Shown: positions 39,307-48,513 of the stretch, piece after piece
How positions within the stretch are numbered: position 1 is the first letter of the stretch
How the letters are laid out: each line of letters opens with the position of its first letter
NCBI GenBank assembly: GCA_963666215.2
Contig: CAXWPL010000004.1
Span: 288,001 to 352,000 of the forward strand
DNA length: 64,000 bases
Reading direction: 5' to 3'
DNA from: Acidobacteriota bacterium
GTDB taxonomy: Bacteria; Acidobacteriota; UBA890; WLXD01
Notes under the pieces: model-generated
What the model was told of the DNA's origin: nothing
Seen by the model: only the letters and a program-made list of their open reading frames with translations
Database searches by the model: none
Position numbers and translations under genes: made by a program

Positions 39307-40800
39307 ATGAGCGCCAGGCTTGCCCGGCGAGACTTTCTCGGAAAGCTGGCGCGAGCCGCTGGGCTGGCGATGCTGCCGCGCCCCGCCGACACCCTGGGGG
39401 GAGCGGCGCTCGGACAGACCCCAACGGCGCCCGGCACAGTGCCGGGCGAACCGGTCCGCTGGGCATTCGATGTGGACGGTGATGGGCGTCTGGGTGCTCG
39501 CGACCGGACGATCGTGGAGCTCGCCCTCGGCACCGAGCGCGGGGCCCGAGCACTCCTCGGAGACTACGAGTTCCGCGCCGACGTACTCGGGCGTGGACAC
39601 ATAGGCCCCGAGCATCTGAGAGCCTTCGATCGCATGCGGGCGGCCGCCACGGTTTTGCCCCGTCGACCCATCGTGATGGCCTGGCACTACGGCTGGTACG
39701 ACGACAAGACGCGCCGCAACAACCCGGCAACCGTCGATTACGTGGGCGGCAAGTACACGTCGCGCGACCCCCGGGTTGAAGACGAATTCAACCAGCTGCG
39801 CAACGAGTTCGGGATCACCGTCGACATGCTGTCGTGGACCGGCGAGCAGCGGATTCTCGATGCCTATGAGTCGGGGTACTTCGCCACGCGCTCGCTGGCG
39901 AGTCGCCGTTTCGGCCTGCTCTATGAGTCGGTGATTAGCCTTGCTCACGGTTCCGAGGCCCCCATTTCGTTCGCCTCGGGACAGCCTCACGAGGAGCGCC
40001 TCGTTCGCGACTTCCGCAGGATGGCCGCCACGATGACCGTGCGCCCCGGCAGGCTGCACGCGCGTACCTTCCGACTCGACGGCCGCCCGGTGATCTACGT
40101 GTTCGCAAGCCACTTGTTTGGCACCGGCCGCAAGGAGCTGCCCGCCGTCGGCCGCGCTTTCGACCTCGCACGCAACGAATTCGCCAAGGTCGCCGGCACA
40201 CCGCCGTATTTGATCGGCGACGAGGCTCTCTTCCCCGGCGATGTCGAGGTGGGCGAGGATCGACTTTTCCGCTCCACGTACTTTGACGCCATCACGCGGT
40301 ACCACCACTACGACGCTCGTGAGATCCGGCGACTGCGAGGCGGGCGGGACGTGCGCCTCGACGGCAACTACCGCCACCGTGCGCTCGCGCTCGAGCGCCG
40401 CACGATGCACGCTTTCGCAGACGTGCGTAATCGCTACAGTGGCAGCCCGCTGCTCGTCGTCCCGTCGTCGGGAGCAGGCCTTGCCAAGTCGCGGCTACCC
40501 ACGCTGCTGGCTTCGCGCGACGATTACGAGGCGTTCTTGAGGGAAACACAGAGCCTCACCGACGAGCACATTCGCGAGCGTCATGCAGCGCGCTTGGGCA
40601 CTGCCGCGCTGCCAGCGCCGCTGGTCAACGTAGGCTCGTGGAACGAGGAGTTCGAGGGCCATGCGCTCATGCCCGCCAGGGAGAACCAGGCCTTGAGCAG
40701 GCGGCAACACCATGGCTTCGACTGGCTGTTCGCCCTGCGCGCGGTCTACGGCTGGAACCACTACCGCGACCGGCCAATGCTGCCCACCCCACGCACATGA
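39307..40800 (+). CDS. Tat-exported glycoside hydrolase-like protein (GH99/GH71-like) with dockerin/EF-like motif
   Basis: ARRDFL Tat motif; FDVDGDGRL; AWHYGWY; LLYES; DGRPVIYVF; SWNEEFEG. Confidence 0.7.
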   Translation: MSARLARRDFLGKLARAAGLAMLPRPADTLGGAALGQTPTAPGTVPGEPVRWAFDVDGDGRLGARDRTIVELALGTERGARALLGDYEFRADVLGRGHIGPEHLRAFDRMRAAATVLPRRPIVMAWHYGWYDDKTRRNNPATVDYVGGKYTSRDPRVEDEFNQLRNEFGITVDMLSWTGEQRILDAYESGYFATRSLASRRFGLLYESVISLAHGSEAPISFASGQPHEERLVRDFRRMAATMTVRPGRLHARTFRLDGRPVIYVFASHLFGTGRKELPAVGRAFDLARNEFAKVAGTPPYLIGDEALFPGDVEVGEDRLFRSTYFDAITRYHHYDAREIRRLRGGRDVRLDGNYRHRALALERRTMHAFADVRNRYSGSPLLVVPSSGAGLAKSRLPTLLASRDDYEAFLRETQSLTDEHIRERHAARLGTAALPAPLVNVGSWNEEFEGHALMPARENQALSRRQHHGFDWLFALRAVYGWNHYRDRPMLPTPRT

Positions 40801-41096
40801 GTGTCACTCGTCGCGACATCGACGCGATCGCCAAGCTCGCACGTCTCGATCCCACGCGAGAGGAGGCCCAGGCACTGGCCGCGCAGCTCGATCGCATTCT
40901 CGGCTACGTCGCCCAACTCGAGGAGCTCGACGTCACCGACGTACCGCCAACGAAGCACGTTATCGACCTCACCAACGTCGATCGCGACGACGCTCTCGAG
41001 CCGTCGCTCGATCGCGACCTGGTGCTCGGGCAGGCGCCCGAGGCCGAGGATGGTGACGGCCGCTTCGTTGTGCCGCGCGTCATCAACTCCTCGTGA
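40797..41096 (+). CDS. gatC: Asp/Glu-tRNA amidotransferase subunit C
   Basis: IAKLARL...LDRILGYV.QL.ELD...VPPT.H...RDD...AP...F.VPRV. Confidence 0.93.
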   Translation: MSVTRRDIDAIAKLARLDPTREEAQALAAQLDRILGYVAQLEELDVTDVPPTKHVIDLTNVDRDDALEPSLDRDLVLGQAPEAEDGDGRFVVPRVINSS

Positions 41097-42598
41097 CGGC
41101 CGCGAAGTCGTCGAAAACCGTCCGCAACCGCGGCTGCGCTGAAACCGCTGCCGCCGTGCGCGACGGCTCGCTGACCGCCGTCGAATGTGCGAACGCGGCG
41201 CTCGAAGAGATTGTCGAACGCGACGGCGAGCTCGGCGCCTTCCTGGAGGTATTCTCGGACGATGTGCTCGAAGACGCTCGTCAGATCGACCTCGAGTCAC
41301 ACGAAAACCGCGCGGCGCTACCGCTGGCCGGCGTCCCGATAGCACTCAAAGACAACATCTGTGTCGCCGGTCACCGCACCACGGCGGGCTCCAAGATTCT
41401 CGAACCGTGGACTGCGCCCTACTCCGCCACGGTCGTCGATCGACTACGCGCCGCCGGAGCCATTGTTGTGGGCAAGACGAACCTCGACGAGTTCGCGATG
41501 GGCTCGTCCACCGAGAACTCGGCGCTCGGCCGCACCGTCAACCCGCACGACCTCGAGCGCGTACCGGGTGGCAGCAGCGGCGGCTCGGCCGCCGCGGTAG
41601 CGGCGAACCTGGTTCCGGGCGCCCTGGGCTCCGACACCGGAGGCTCCATCCGACAGCCCGCCGCGTTCTGCGGCCTCGTGGGCTTCAAGCCAACATACGG
41701 CCGTGTATCGCGCTACGGGCTCATCGCCTTCGCGTCGTCGCTCGACCAAATCGGCCCTCTCACACGCAACGTCGACGACGCCGCCCTACTGCTCGAAGTG
41801 ATATCGGGCTTCGATCGACGCGACCCCACCACGGTGGACGGACGCCACGAGAGCTGGTTCCCCACCAATCCGGCGAACCCACAGAGCCTGACGCTTGGCG
41901 TTCCCGCCAACTGGTTCGCCGATGGCCTTGCGCCCGCCGTACAGGGGGCGCTCGAAGAGCTGCTCGGTCGGCTCGAAGCGATCGGCATTACGTTGCGCCC
42001 GGTGGATCTGCCGCACGAGCGCTACTCGATCGCCACCTATTACGTGGTAGCCACCGCCGAGGCGTCCTCCAACTTGGCGCGCTACGACGGTGTGCGCTAC
42101 GGGCTCCGTGTGCGCCATAACGACGATCCCGGCGACACGGAGGATCCGACCCTCGACCACAGCGACATCGACGCGATGTTCGCCGCCACCCGTACGGCCG
42201 GCTTCGGGCCGGAGGTCAAACGCCGCATACTGCTGGGCACCTACGTGCTTTCTGCCGGCTTCAACGACGCCCACTACGGCCGCGCCCAGCGTGTTCGCAC
42301 GCTGATCCGCCGCGACTTCGCCGCGGCTTTCGAGCTCGTCGACGCCATCATCGGCCCAACTACCCCGTCGACCGCCTTCAAGCTCGGCGAAAAACGTGAC
42401 GACCCGCTCTCGATGTATCTCAGCGACGTGTTCACCGTCACCGCCAACCTCGCCGGCCTCCCCGCTATCTCGGTACCATGCGGCAGCGACGAGGCGGGAT
42501 TGCCGATTGGCGCGCAGATCCTCGCGCCACCGTTCGCCGAGCGAACCGTTCTCGAGGTCGCCAAGCTCATCGAGGAGAGCAGCGACAGCGGCGCCTGA
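41093..42598 (+). CDS. gatA: Asp/Glu-tRNA amidotransferase subunit A
   Basis: KDNI, GKTNLDEFAMGSSTENS, PGGSSGGSA, GSDTGGSIRQPA, ASSNLARYDG, EVKRRILLG. Confidence 0.97.
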   Translation: MTAAKSSKTVRNRGCAETAAAVRDGSLTAVECANAALEEIVERDGELGAFLEVFSDDVLEDARQIDLESHENRAALPLAGVPIALKDNICVAGHRTTAGSKILEPWTAPYSATVVDRLRAAGAIVVGKTNLDEFAMGSSTENSALGRTVNPHDLERVPGGSSGGSAAAVAANLVPGALGSDTGGSIRQPAAFCGLVGFKPTYGRVSRYGLIAFASSLDQIGPLTRNVDDAALLLEVISGFDRRDPTTVDGRHESWFPTNPANPQSLTLGVPANWFADGLAPAVQGALEELLGRLEAIGITLRPVDLPHERYSIATYYVVATAEASSNLARYDGVRYGLRVRHNDDPGDTEDPTLDHSDIDAMFAATRTAGFGPEVKRRILLGTYVLSAGFNDAHYGRAQRVRTLIRRDFAAAFELVDAIIGPTTPSTAFKLGEKRDDPLSMYLSDVFTVTANLAGLPAISVPCGSDEAGLPIGAQILAPPFAERTVLEVAKLIEESSDSGA

Positions 42599-42607
42599 GC
42601 GTGTCTA

Positions 42608-42690
42608 TTGAAAGGCTTGTGCAGTCGGATCCTTGAAAGATCCCTCTGCAGTCGGGCCCTTGAAAGAGCCTTGTGCAGTCGGGCGCTGAA
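42608..42690. repeat. Three degenerate 25-27 bp tandem repeats
   Basis: TTGAAAG...TGCAGTCGG unit repeated three times between the convergent gatA and tatD genes. Confidence 0.75.
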
Positions 42691-42697
42691 TCGTCGA

Positions 42698-43606
42698 CTA
42701 GACGAGGCCGAACAACCTCCGCGCGTTACCTGCGGTGGCCTCGGCCACCTCCTCGACGTCACAGGCATGGATCACCGCTAGCTCTTCCGCCACGGCGCCG
42801 ACGAACGCGGGCTCGTTGCGGCGACCGCGGTACGGCTGCGGGGCGAGGTACGGACTGTCGGTCTCGATGAGCGTCTGGCCCAGCGGCACCTCGGCTGCCG
42901 TCTTGCGGAGATCGGCGGCGCTGGGAAACGTCAGGATGCCGGAGAACGACACGTAGAACCCGAGGTCAACCACAGCGCGAGCCATATGAGCGCTCTCGGT
43001 GAAGCAGTGGATCACGCCTCGTAGCCGCTGGTTCGTCTCGGAAGAGCCAGCAGGATCAGCGGACCCATTGGGCGTAGCCGATGTAACCGAACCGGCGCCA
43101 CCGTCGCGCAGCAGCGCCACCACGTCCTCCTCGGCCTTGCGACTGTGGATCACCACCGGCAGGTCGGCCGCAACTGCCCACTCGAGCTGCGCCGCGAAGA
43201 GCTCGCGCTGCGCGTCGCGCGGCATGTCGTAGTGGTAATCGAGCCCCATTTCCCCCACGCCAACAACACGTGGCTGACCGATCATGTTCTCGACAACCGC
43301 CAGCGCATCAACACTGGCCTCGGCGACGTTGTGAGGTGCGAACCCCACGGTGGCGTACAACGCCGGCGCGCTCGAGCCGTGGAGCGGCATCGCCGAGCCG
43401 GCCGTTTCTGCCCTTCGAAGCGCCTCTTGCGCGCTGGCGGCCGCCAGCTCGAGAGCACGCTGGCTGCTCTCCTGGTTATACCCGATCACGACCACCGCCT
43501 CGACGCCCGCTTCGGCGGCGCGGCGCATGAGCGCCTCGCGCTCCTCGTCGAACTCCTGTTCGCCGAGATGCGCGTGCGAGTCGATCAGTGAGCCGATCCA
43601 GCTCAA
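42698..43606 (-). CDS. tatD: TatD family hydrolase
   Basis: IDSHAH, GEMGLDY, IHSR, HCF, ETDSPYLAP. Confidence 0.93.
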   Translation of the reverse strand: MSWIGSLIDSHAHLGEQEFDEEREALMRRAAEAGVEAVVVIGYNQESSQRALELAAASAQEALRRAETAGSAMPLHGSSAPALYATVGFAPHNVAEASVDALAVVENMIGQPRVVGVGEMGLDYHYDMPRDAQRELFAAQLEWAVAADLPVVIHSRKAEEDVVALLRDGGAGSVTSATPNGSADPAGSSETNQRLRGVIHCFTESAHMARAVVDLGFYVSFSGILTFPSAADLRKTAAEVPLGQTLIETDSPYLAPQPYRGRRNEPAFVGAVAEELAVIHACDVEEVAEATAGNARRLFGLV

Positions 43607-43923
43607 CGCACTTGCTTGCCCGTGGGCATGTCGCCCGCAAACGTCACGAGCGTCGGCTGACCGTCGTTGTCGGCGGCGAGCACCATGCCGTTCGACTCAA
43701 CGCCTCGAATACGAGCCGGCTTGAGATTGGCGACCACCACGATGTTCATCCCTACCAGCTGTTCGGGCTCGTACGCCGCGGCGATCCCCGCTACCAGCGT
43801 GCGCTCCTCCTCTCCCACCTGTACGCGGAGCTCGATGAGCCTGTCGGTCTCGGGTACGCGCTCGGCCGAGAGAATGCGCGCGGTACGAAGTTCGATTTCC
43901 TTGAACTGATCGATCGTAATCAC
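43603..43923 (-). CDS. Stand-alone tRNA-binding OB-fold protein (MetRS C-terminal/Trbp111-like)
   Basis: ITIDQF.EIELR, RTLVAGI, ANLKPA.IRGVESNGMVLAA. Confidence 0.9.
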   Translation of the reverse strand: MITIDQFKEIELRTARILSAERVPETDRLIELRVQVGEEERTLVAGIAAAYEPEQLVGMNIVVVANLKPARIRGVESNGMVLAADNDGQPTLVTFAGDMPTGKQVR

Positions 43924-43978
43924 AATGCCGCCTCGGGTGACTTGGGCCCCGCTGAGGGGCCGTTTCTTCGCCTGCGAG

Positions 43979-44659
43979 CTAGATGTAACCGTCTTCCTGG
44001 AGGCTCCGGTAGCCCTCAGCGCCGACGATCAGATGATCGAGCACCCGCACGCCGAGCAGACTGCCAACCTGCACGAGCCGCCGACTGATGTCGATGTCTT
44101 CCGCGCTCGGCGTCGGATCGCCCGACGGGTGATTGTGGAACAGGATCAGCGCCGGTGCACCCACCACCAGCGCCTCACGGAAAACCTCTCGCGGCCGCAC
44201 AACGCTCGCGTTCCACCCGCCGCGCGAAAGAACGTGCTCGTGGAGCAGCCGGTTGCGGCCATCGAGCAGCATCAAACCGAAGCACTCCTGGCGCTCGTCG
44301 GAGTAGCGGGCAACGAGATGCTCGGCAACATCCGACGAGCGACGCAGCGGGCGTCCGCGACTCGGCCGCGCCACTCGCGCGCGTCGCGCCAACTCGAATA
44401 CGGCAACAAGCCGGCAGCCGCGAGCACACCCGATACCGGGCTCGGCGGTCCACTCGGCAAGCTGCCACCGGGCCAACTCGCGTAGCCCACCCGCGCGCGC
44501 CAGCAGCCCGTGTCCCAGATCCAGCGCCGAGAATCGATCGTTGCCCGCACCAATCACCAGCGCGAGCAGCTCGGCATCCGATAACGCACTCGATCCGTGC
44601 TCCTGGAGCCTCTCGCGCGGCCGATCGCGGCTGGCTAGATCTGGCACCCTGATGGTCAT
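43979..44659 (-). CDS. radC: RadC (JAB domain) protein
   Basis: DRPRERL, LSDAELLA, PREVF, HNHPSGDPTPSAED, LDHLI. Confidence 0.95.
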   Translation of the reverse strand: MTIRVPDLASRDRPRERLQEHGSSALSDAELLALVIGAGNDRFSALDLGHGLLARAGGLRELARWQLAEWTAEPGIGCARGCRLVAVFELARRARVARPSRGRPLRRSSDVAEHLVARYSDERQECFGLMLLDGRNRLLHEHVLSRGGWNASVVRPREVFREALVVGAPALILFHNHPSGDPTPSAEDIDISRRLVQVGSLLGVRVLDHLIVGAEGYRSLQEDGYI

Positions 44660-44902
44660 CTGACCGCCTCTGGTAGGATGAGCGTTGCGCGCAGCCCCGT
44701 TCGAGAACGCCTCTGTCCTTATGTGACGGCCATCGGCCGGGCACGTGTCGCCCGCCGACGCGATCGCGAACGCCCAGACTCGACTTTTTGCGCTCGCTGG
44801 CGGTCCTAGCATGTGGAATCGCCTGAAATCGGCAAGCTCGGCGGAAGTCGACCGAACCGCAGCACCGGGGCGAATCGAACAACATTCGGACGCCCGTCAA
44901 CG

Positions 44903-45505
44903 ATGCAGACTGAAGCGACCATGTCAGAGCTCTCGCCAGCGAGTGATAATCAGCTGGTTGCGCGAGCCGTGGGAGGTGACGTAGGTGCGTTCAACGACCT
45001 CGTATCACGTTGGGAAAACCCGCTCTACAAGTTCGTGTACCGATATCTCGGCGACGCGGAAGAAGCGCGAGATATCTGTCAGGAAGCCTTCCTGCGGGCC
45101 TACACCAATATTGGCGGCTTTCAGGGGCGCTCGAAGTTCTCGTCGTGGCTCTACCAGATTGCTCTCAATCTGTGTCGCAGCCAGTTCCGCAAGAAAAAAT
45201 CGCGACCGACCGTCTCGATACACGACGACGAAGGCGACCAGGTGCTGCGGCTGGTGCCCGACGCCAGCGTCACCCCCGACGCTTCAGCCATCACCAACGA
45301 GCGGGTCGACGCGCTGCGTGCAGCGCTGGCCAAGCTCCCAGAGACTCAACGGACGGTGATCATCTTGAAGGAGTACCACGGCCTCAAATTCCGCGAGATT
45401 GCGGACGTTCTGGGTACCCCAGAGAGCACCGTTAAATCCCGCTTGTACCACGGACTCGAAGCCCTGGGACGTTCCCTGGGCCACATGAAGCCTGAAGGTG
45501 TTTGA
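44903..45505 (+). CDS. ECF RNA polymerase sigma factor
   Basis: DICQEAFLRAY, FSSWLYQIA.N, LPE.QR, EIADVLG.PESTVKSRL. Confidence 0.94.
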   Translation: MQTEATMSELSPASDNQLVARAVGGDVGAFNDLVSRWENPLYKFVYRYLGDAEEARDICQEAFLRAYTNIGGFQGRSKFSSWLYQIALNLCRSQFRKKKSRPTVSIHDDEGDQVLRLVPDASVTPDASAITNERVDALRAALAKLPETQRTVIILKEYHGLKFREIADVLGTPESTVKSRLYHGLEALGRSLGHMKPEGV

Positions 45506-46416
45506 CGATGGGAAGTAACTGCGAGGAAATCCGACATCTGCTCGTTGAGCTCGAGTACGAGGAGCTCGGCGAGATCGACGAACAGGCCGTGCTTGCACAC
45601 GTGGCGCAGTGCGACGAGTGCAGCGAGCGCCAAACGGCGTATCGCGCCGTGCGCGCCGACCTGCAATCCTGGGACAGAGTCGAGCCGCAGCGCTCGCGCA
45701 TCGCGTTTGTTCCGATGAATGTGGCAGCCGGCGGGTTGGCACCGGGCCAACTGGCTGCGGTCGGAGGCTGGCGCCGCGGCCTCGGCATCGCCGCCAGTTT
45801 CGTGCTCGGGGTCTTTCTCACGGCCGCCGTGGCGAACACACGGATCACCAAGGGGGACGACGGTTGGTCCTTCAGCACGAGCTTGCTACCGCAGGCCGTG
45901 GGCTCGTCTGGCAGCTCGCCGGTGGCGTCGCGGAACCCGGCTCAGTCGCAGCCGACTACCGTCGGATCGAGCCCGAGCCAGAACAACCCTGGCCAGCGCG
46001 CTCTCCCCCAGACGGCCAGCAACGGAATGGACCCGGCGTTCGTGTCGCTGTCGCCAGAGGCTATCGATAGCAGAATCGATGCACGTCTGCAGGCCCGCGG
46101 AATGGTACAGAGCGGCGCGACACCTGTCGGTAACGCCTACGACGCCTCCTTGACCCCGATCGTCGAGCGCGTTCTCGCCGAGCGCTACAGCCGTTTGATC
46201 GACAACAAGCTGGGCGCCAGCGAGCAGCGTCGACAGGCGGAGCTCTATCAACTCCAGCAAGCCGTGGACGGGCAGCTGCTTCTGCTGCTGAGCGAGCTCG
46301 GCCTGCTGCAGGAAGGGTTCGGTGAGCGCCTCGAACAACAGAACGTGGCCATCGACTATCTGTTCAACCAGGTCAACGCGTCGGCGACGCTCCGTCAGGT
46401 TCCGGAGCAGCAGTAA
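45502..46416 (+). CDS. Zinc-finger (ZAS) anti-sigma factor with one TM segment
   Basis: HVAQCDEC motif; TM GIAASFVLGVFL; overlaps the sigma stop. Confidence 0.85.
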   Translation: MTMGSNCEEIRHLLVELEYEELGEIDEQAVLAHVAQCDECSERQTAYRAVRADLQSWDRVEPQRSRIAFVPMNVAAGGLAPGQLAAVGGWRRGLGIAASFVLGVFLTAAVANTRITKGDDGWSFSTSLLPQAVGSSGSSPVASRNPAQSQPTTVGSSPSQNNPGQRALPQTASNGMDPAFVSLSPEAIDSRIDARLQARGMVQSGATPVGNAYDASLTPIVERVLAERYSRLIDNKLGASEQRRQAELYQLQQAVDGQLLLLLSELGLLQEGFGERLEQQNVAIDYLFNQVNASATLRQVPEQQ

Positions 46417-47495
46417 TGACCAAGCAGCTCAACCTCTCGACCAGACTGTTGACGGCGATCTGCCTCGTCATCGCGACCACCGCGGTGACGCCGGTCGACG
46501 CGGCCGGATCTCTCGGATCGCCAACCGGGAGCGCGCAGCAGAATGAGCGCCAGCGGCAGCTCGAGATTGTCGAGCGCGCGCTCACCGAGAAGCTGCAGGA
46601 ATACGTCACCGCTCACCTGAACCAGTCATTGGCCGAGGGACGCGATCTCGACGGTGACGGTGAGCCCGATATGGACAACCAATCGTTGGTGGTCAACGTC
46701 GGCAACGTCGGCAACGCGCACGGCATGTTCATCGACGACTATGGCGTGATCTTCTCGATCCAAACCCCCCAGGTGGCGGTCATTGGTCGAGAGCTCGCGT
46801 TCGCCGTGGCGCCCACGACCGCGCTGCGGATCGCGCCGCAGATGGCCGATACGGGAGCGCGATTGAGACTCATCGAAGGACGCCTGGTGCGTATGTTCGA
46901 TCAGGTCGCGCGCGAATGGCAGCTTGCTGTTGCACAGAGCGGCTCGGAAAAGGAGCGGCAGGAGCACGCCGCGCAGATGGAGCGCATCCGTCAAGAGATG
47001 GCTGATCTGGCGAGGAATCGAGTCGATAGAAGCGCGGACGATCGAGACGCCGCCGACCTGCGCCGCGTGGGCACCGATCGGCCCGACCCAACTCCCAACG
47101 CCAACGGTCGCGGCACCGGGGGAATGGTCGTCTATCGCGACCCGATGGCCGACCAGATCAAGATCGGCAAGCTCATCGAGGCCAACCGCGAGCGGGTCAA
47201 CCGTGCGGTAACCAACGGCGCCATCGACACGCTCGCCTACTACGGCAACGTGCTCACGGGCCTGAAGTCCGACCAGCGCGTCTCGGTGATCGTATTGCCG
47301 GCGAACAACTGGATGCTGCAGCGCTCGCTGCATACGGGCTTGGGCAACGAGGAGTTCGTGATCAGCGTGCGCTACGAAGACGTCCGCAACCTCGACCGCG
47401 AGAAGATCGATCTCGAGAAGTTCCGCGAGCGCGCCTCAATCCACAGCCGCCTCGGCACCCCGATCGAGCTCGTACAGGAAGAAGAGCGGCCGTAG
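46416..47495 (+). CDS. Secreted hypothetical protein in the ECF operon
   Basis: Signal peptide; AHGMFIDDYGVIF; coiled-coil region; coupled to the anti-sigma gene (TAATG). Confidence 0.8.
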   Translation: MTKQLNLSTRLLTAICLVIATTAVTPVDAAGSLGSPTGSAQQNERQRQLEIVERALTEKLQEYVTAHLNQSLAEGRDLDGDGEPDMDNQSLVVNVGNVGNAHGMFIDDYGVIFSIQTPQVAVIGRELAFAVAPTTALRIAPQMADTGARLRLIEGRLVRMFDQVAREWQLAVAQSGSEKERQEHAAQMERIRQEMADLARNRVDRSADDRDAADLRRVGTDRPDPTPNANGRGTGGMVVYRDPMADQIKIGKLIEANRERVNRAVTNGAIDTLAYYGNVLTGLKSDQRVSVIVLPANNWMLQRSLHTGLGNEEFVISVRYEDVRNLDREKIDLEKFRERASIHSRLGTPIELVQEEERP

Positions 47496-47654
47496 CCAGC
47501 ACAACACCGAGGGATGCTCCACGCCGGCGTGGAGGCCGACCGCGAGATAGTCGCTTGGCCCGGCCGTTACCACGGTGCTACCTTTTGTACGAGGGATCGC
47601 CTCCGGGCGTCTCCCGACCTCAGCGTTCTCGAGCCTTCGGGCTTGTGATCGAAG

Positions 47655-48004
47655 GGGGGCGACAGGGTTCGACGGGAATCTTGAAACACAAGCTGCATGC
47701 CGAGCGACCACGCAAGCTCGTAAATCCAGCGTGGAAACTGACAGCTGCCAACACACCGGTAGCCCTGGCCGCTTAGTGCCAGCGTTCCCCGGTCCTCGCC
47801 TGCAGGGACCGGTGGAACGCCGAATGCAGGCTGGCTAGCCGGGCTCCTCCTGAGGGCCTAGCGGCGAGAAACTAAACTCGGGATAGCAACGCCCCCGCCT
47901 TCCCGCTGGGCAGGGGCGGAGCGAAACTAATCGGCGGGATAAGCATGTAGACGCTTCGTGTGGACGGTTTTCGGACGCGGGTTCAATTCCCGCCGCCTCC
48001 ACCT
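47655..48004 (+). ncRNA. ssrA: tmRNA
   Basis: 5' GGGGGCGACAGGGTTCGAC; tag ORF (A)ANTPVALAA* at 47747-47776; 3' GACGCGGGTTCAATTCCCGCCGCCTCCACC. Confidence 0.96.
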
Positions 48005-48048
48005 GATTTGCCGTTATTTCATCAGAACTTACGGTTTCAGCCTCGGCC

Positions 48049-48068
48049 CGTCTCCACAATGTCTCCAC
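48049..48068 (+). repeat. GTCTCCAC doublet, copy 1 (integrase arm-like)
   Basis: CGTCTCCACAATGTCTCCAC, identical to 58236-58255. Confidence 0.8.
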
Positions 48069-48513
48069 ATTTTTGGGGCGGGCTTTGGTGCGTTCAGCAG
48101 GGGCAGGGGATTTCCGGCGATCGGCCCGCCGTTGGTCGCATGGGGCCGCATGGGGTCGCATACAGACGCACGGTCGCCGCGTCGCGAATGCGGTCAGGGC
48201 GCGGCCACGATAAAGTCCCGCCCATGGCACCCCGCAATTTGGAGGATGTCGAAATTGGACCCGACCAAGGTCAGCGAAGCCAAGATCTTCGGTATCGGAC
48301 TGAGTCGGACAGGAAGCCGCAGCCTTACGTCCGCCCTGCAGATCCTCGGCTACGACGTCGTGCACTACCCGATCGATGCCGACACATACAACGAGCTTGC
48401 GAACGGTCAATACGACCTGACGCTACTGAAAACGCACGACGGGATCGCCGACATCACCGTCTCGCCCTACTACGCGCAGCTGGACCAGGCCTATCCCGGC
48501 AGCAAATTCATCC

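Noticed and set aside
42608-42690. CRISPR array (ATTGAAAG resembles a CRISPR repeat end)
   Set aside because: The units are only 25-27 bp with no spacer-length unique sequence, there are three copies, and no cas genes are present.
43979-44659. radC as a marker of a mobile element or anti-defence locus
   Set aside because: It is the full-length chromosomal type in a housekeeping context with tatD.
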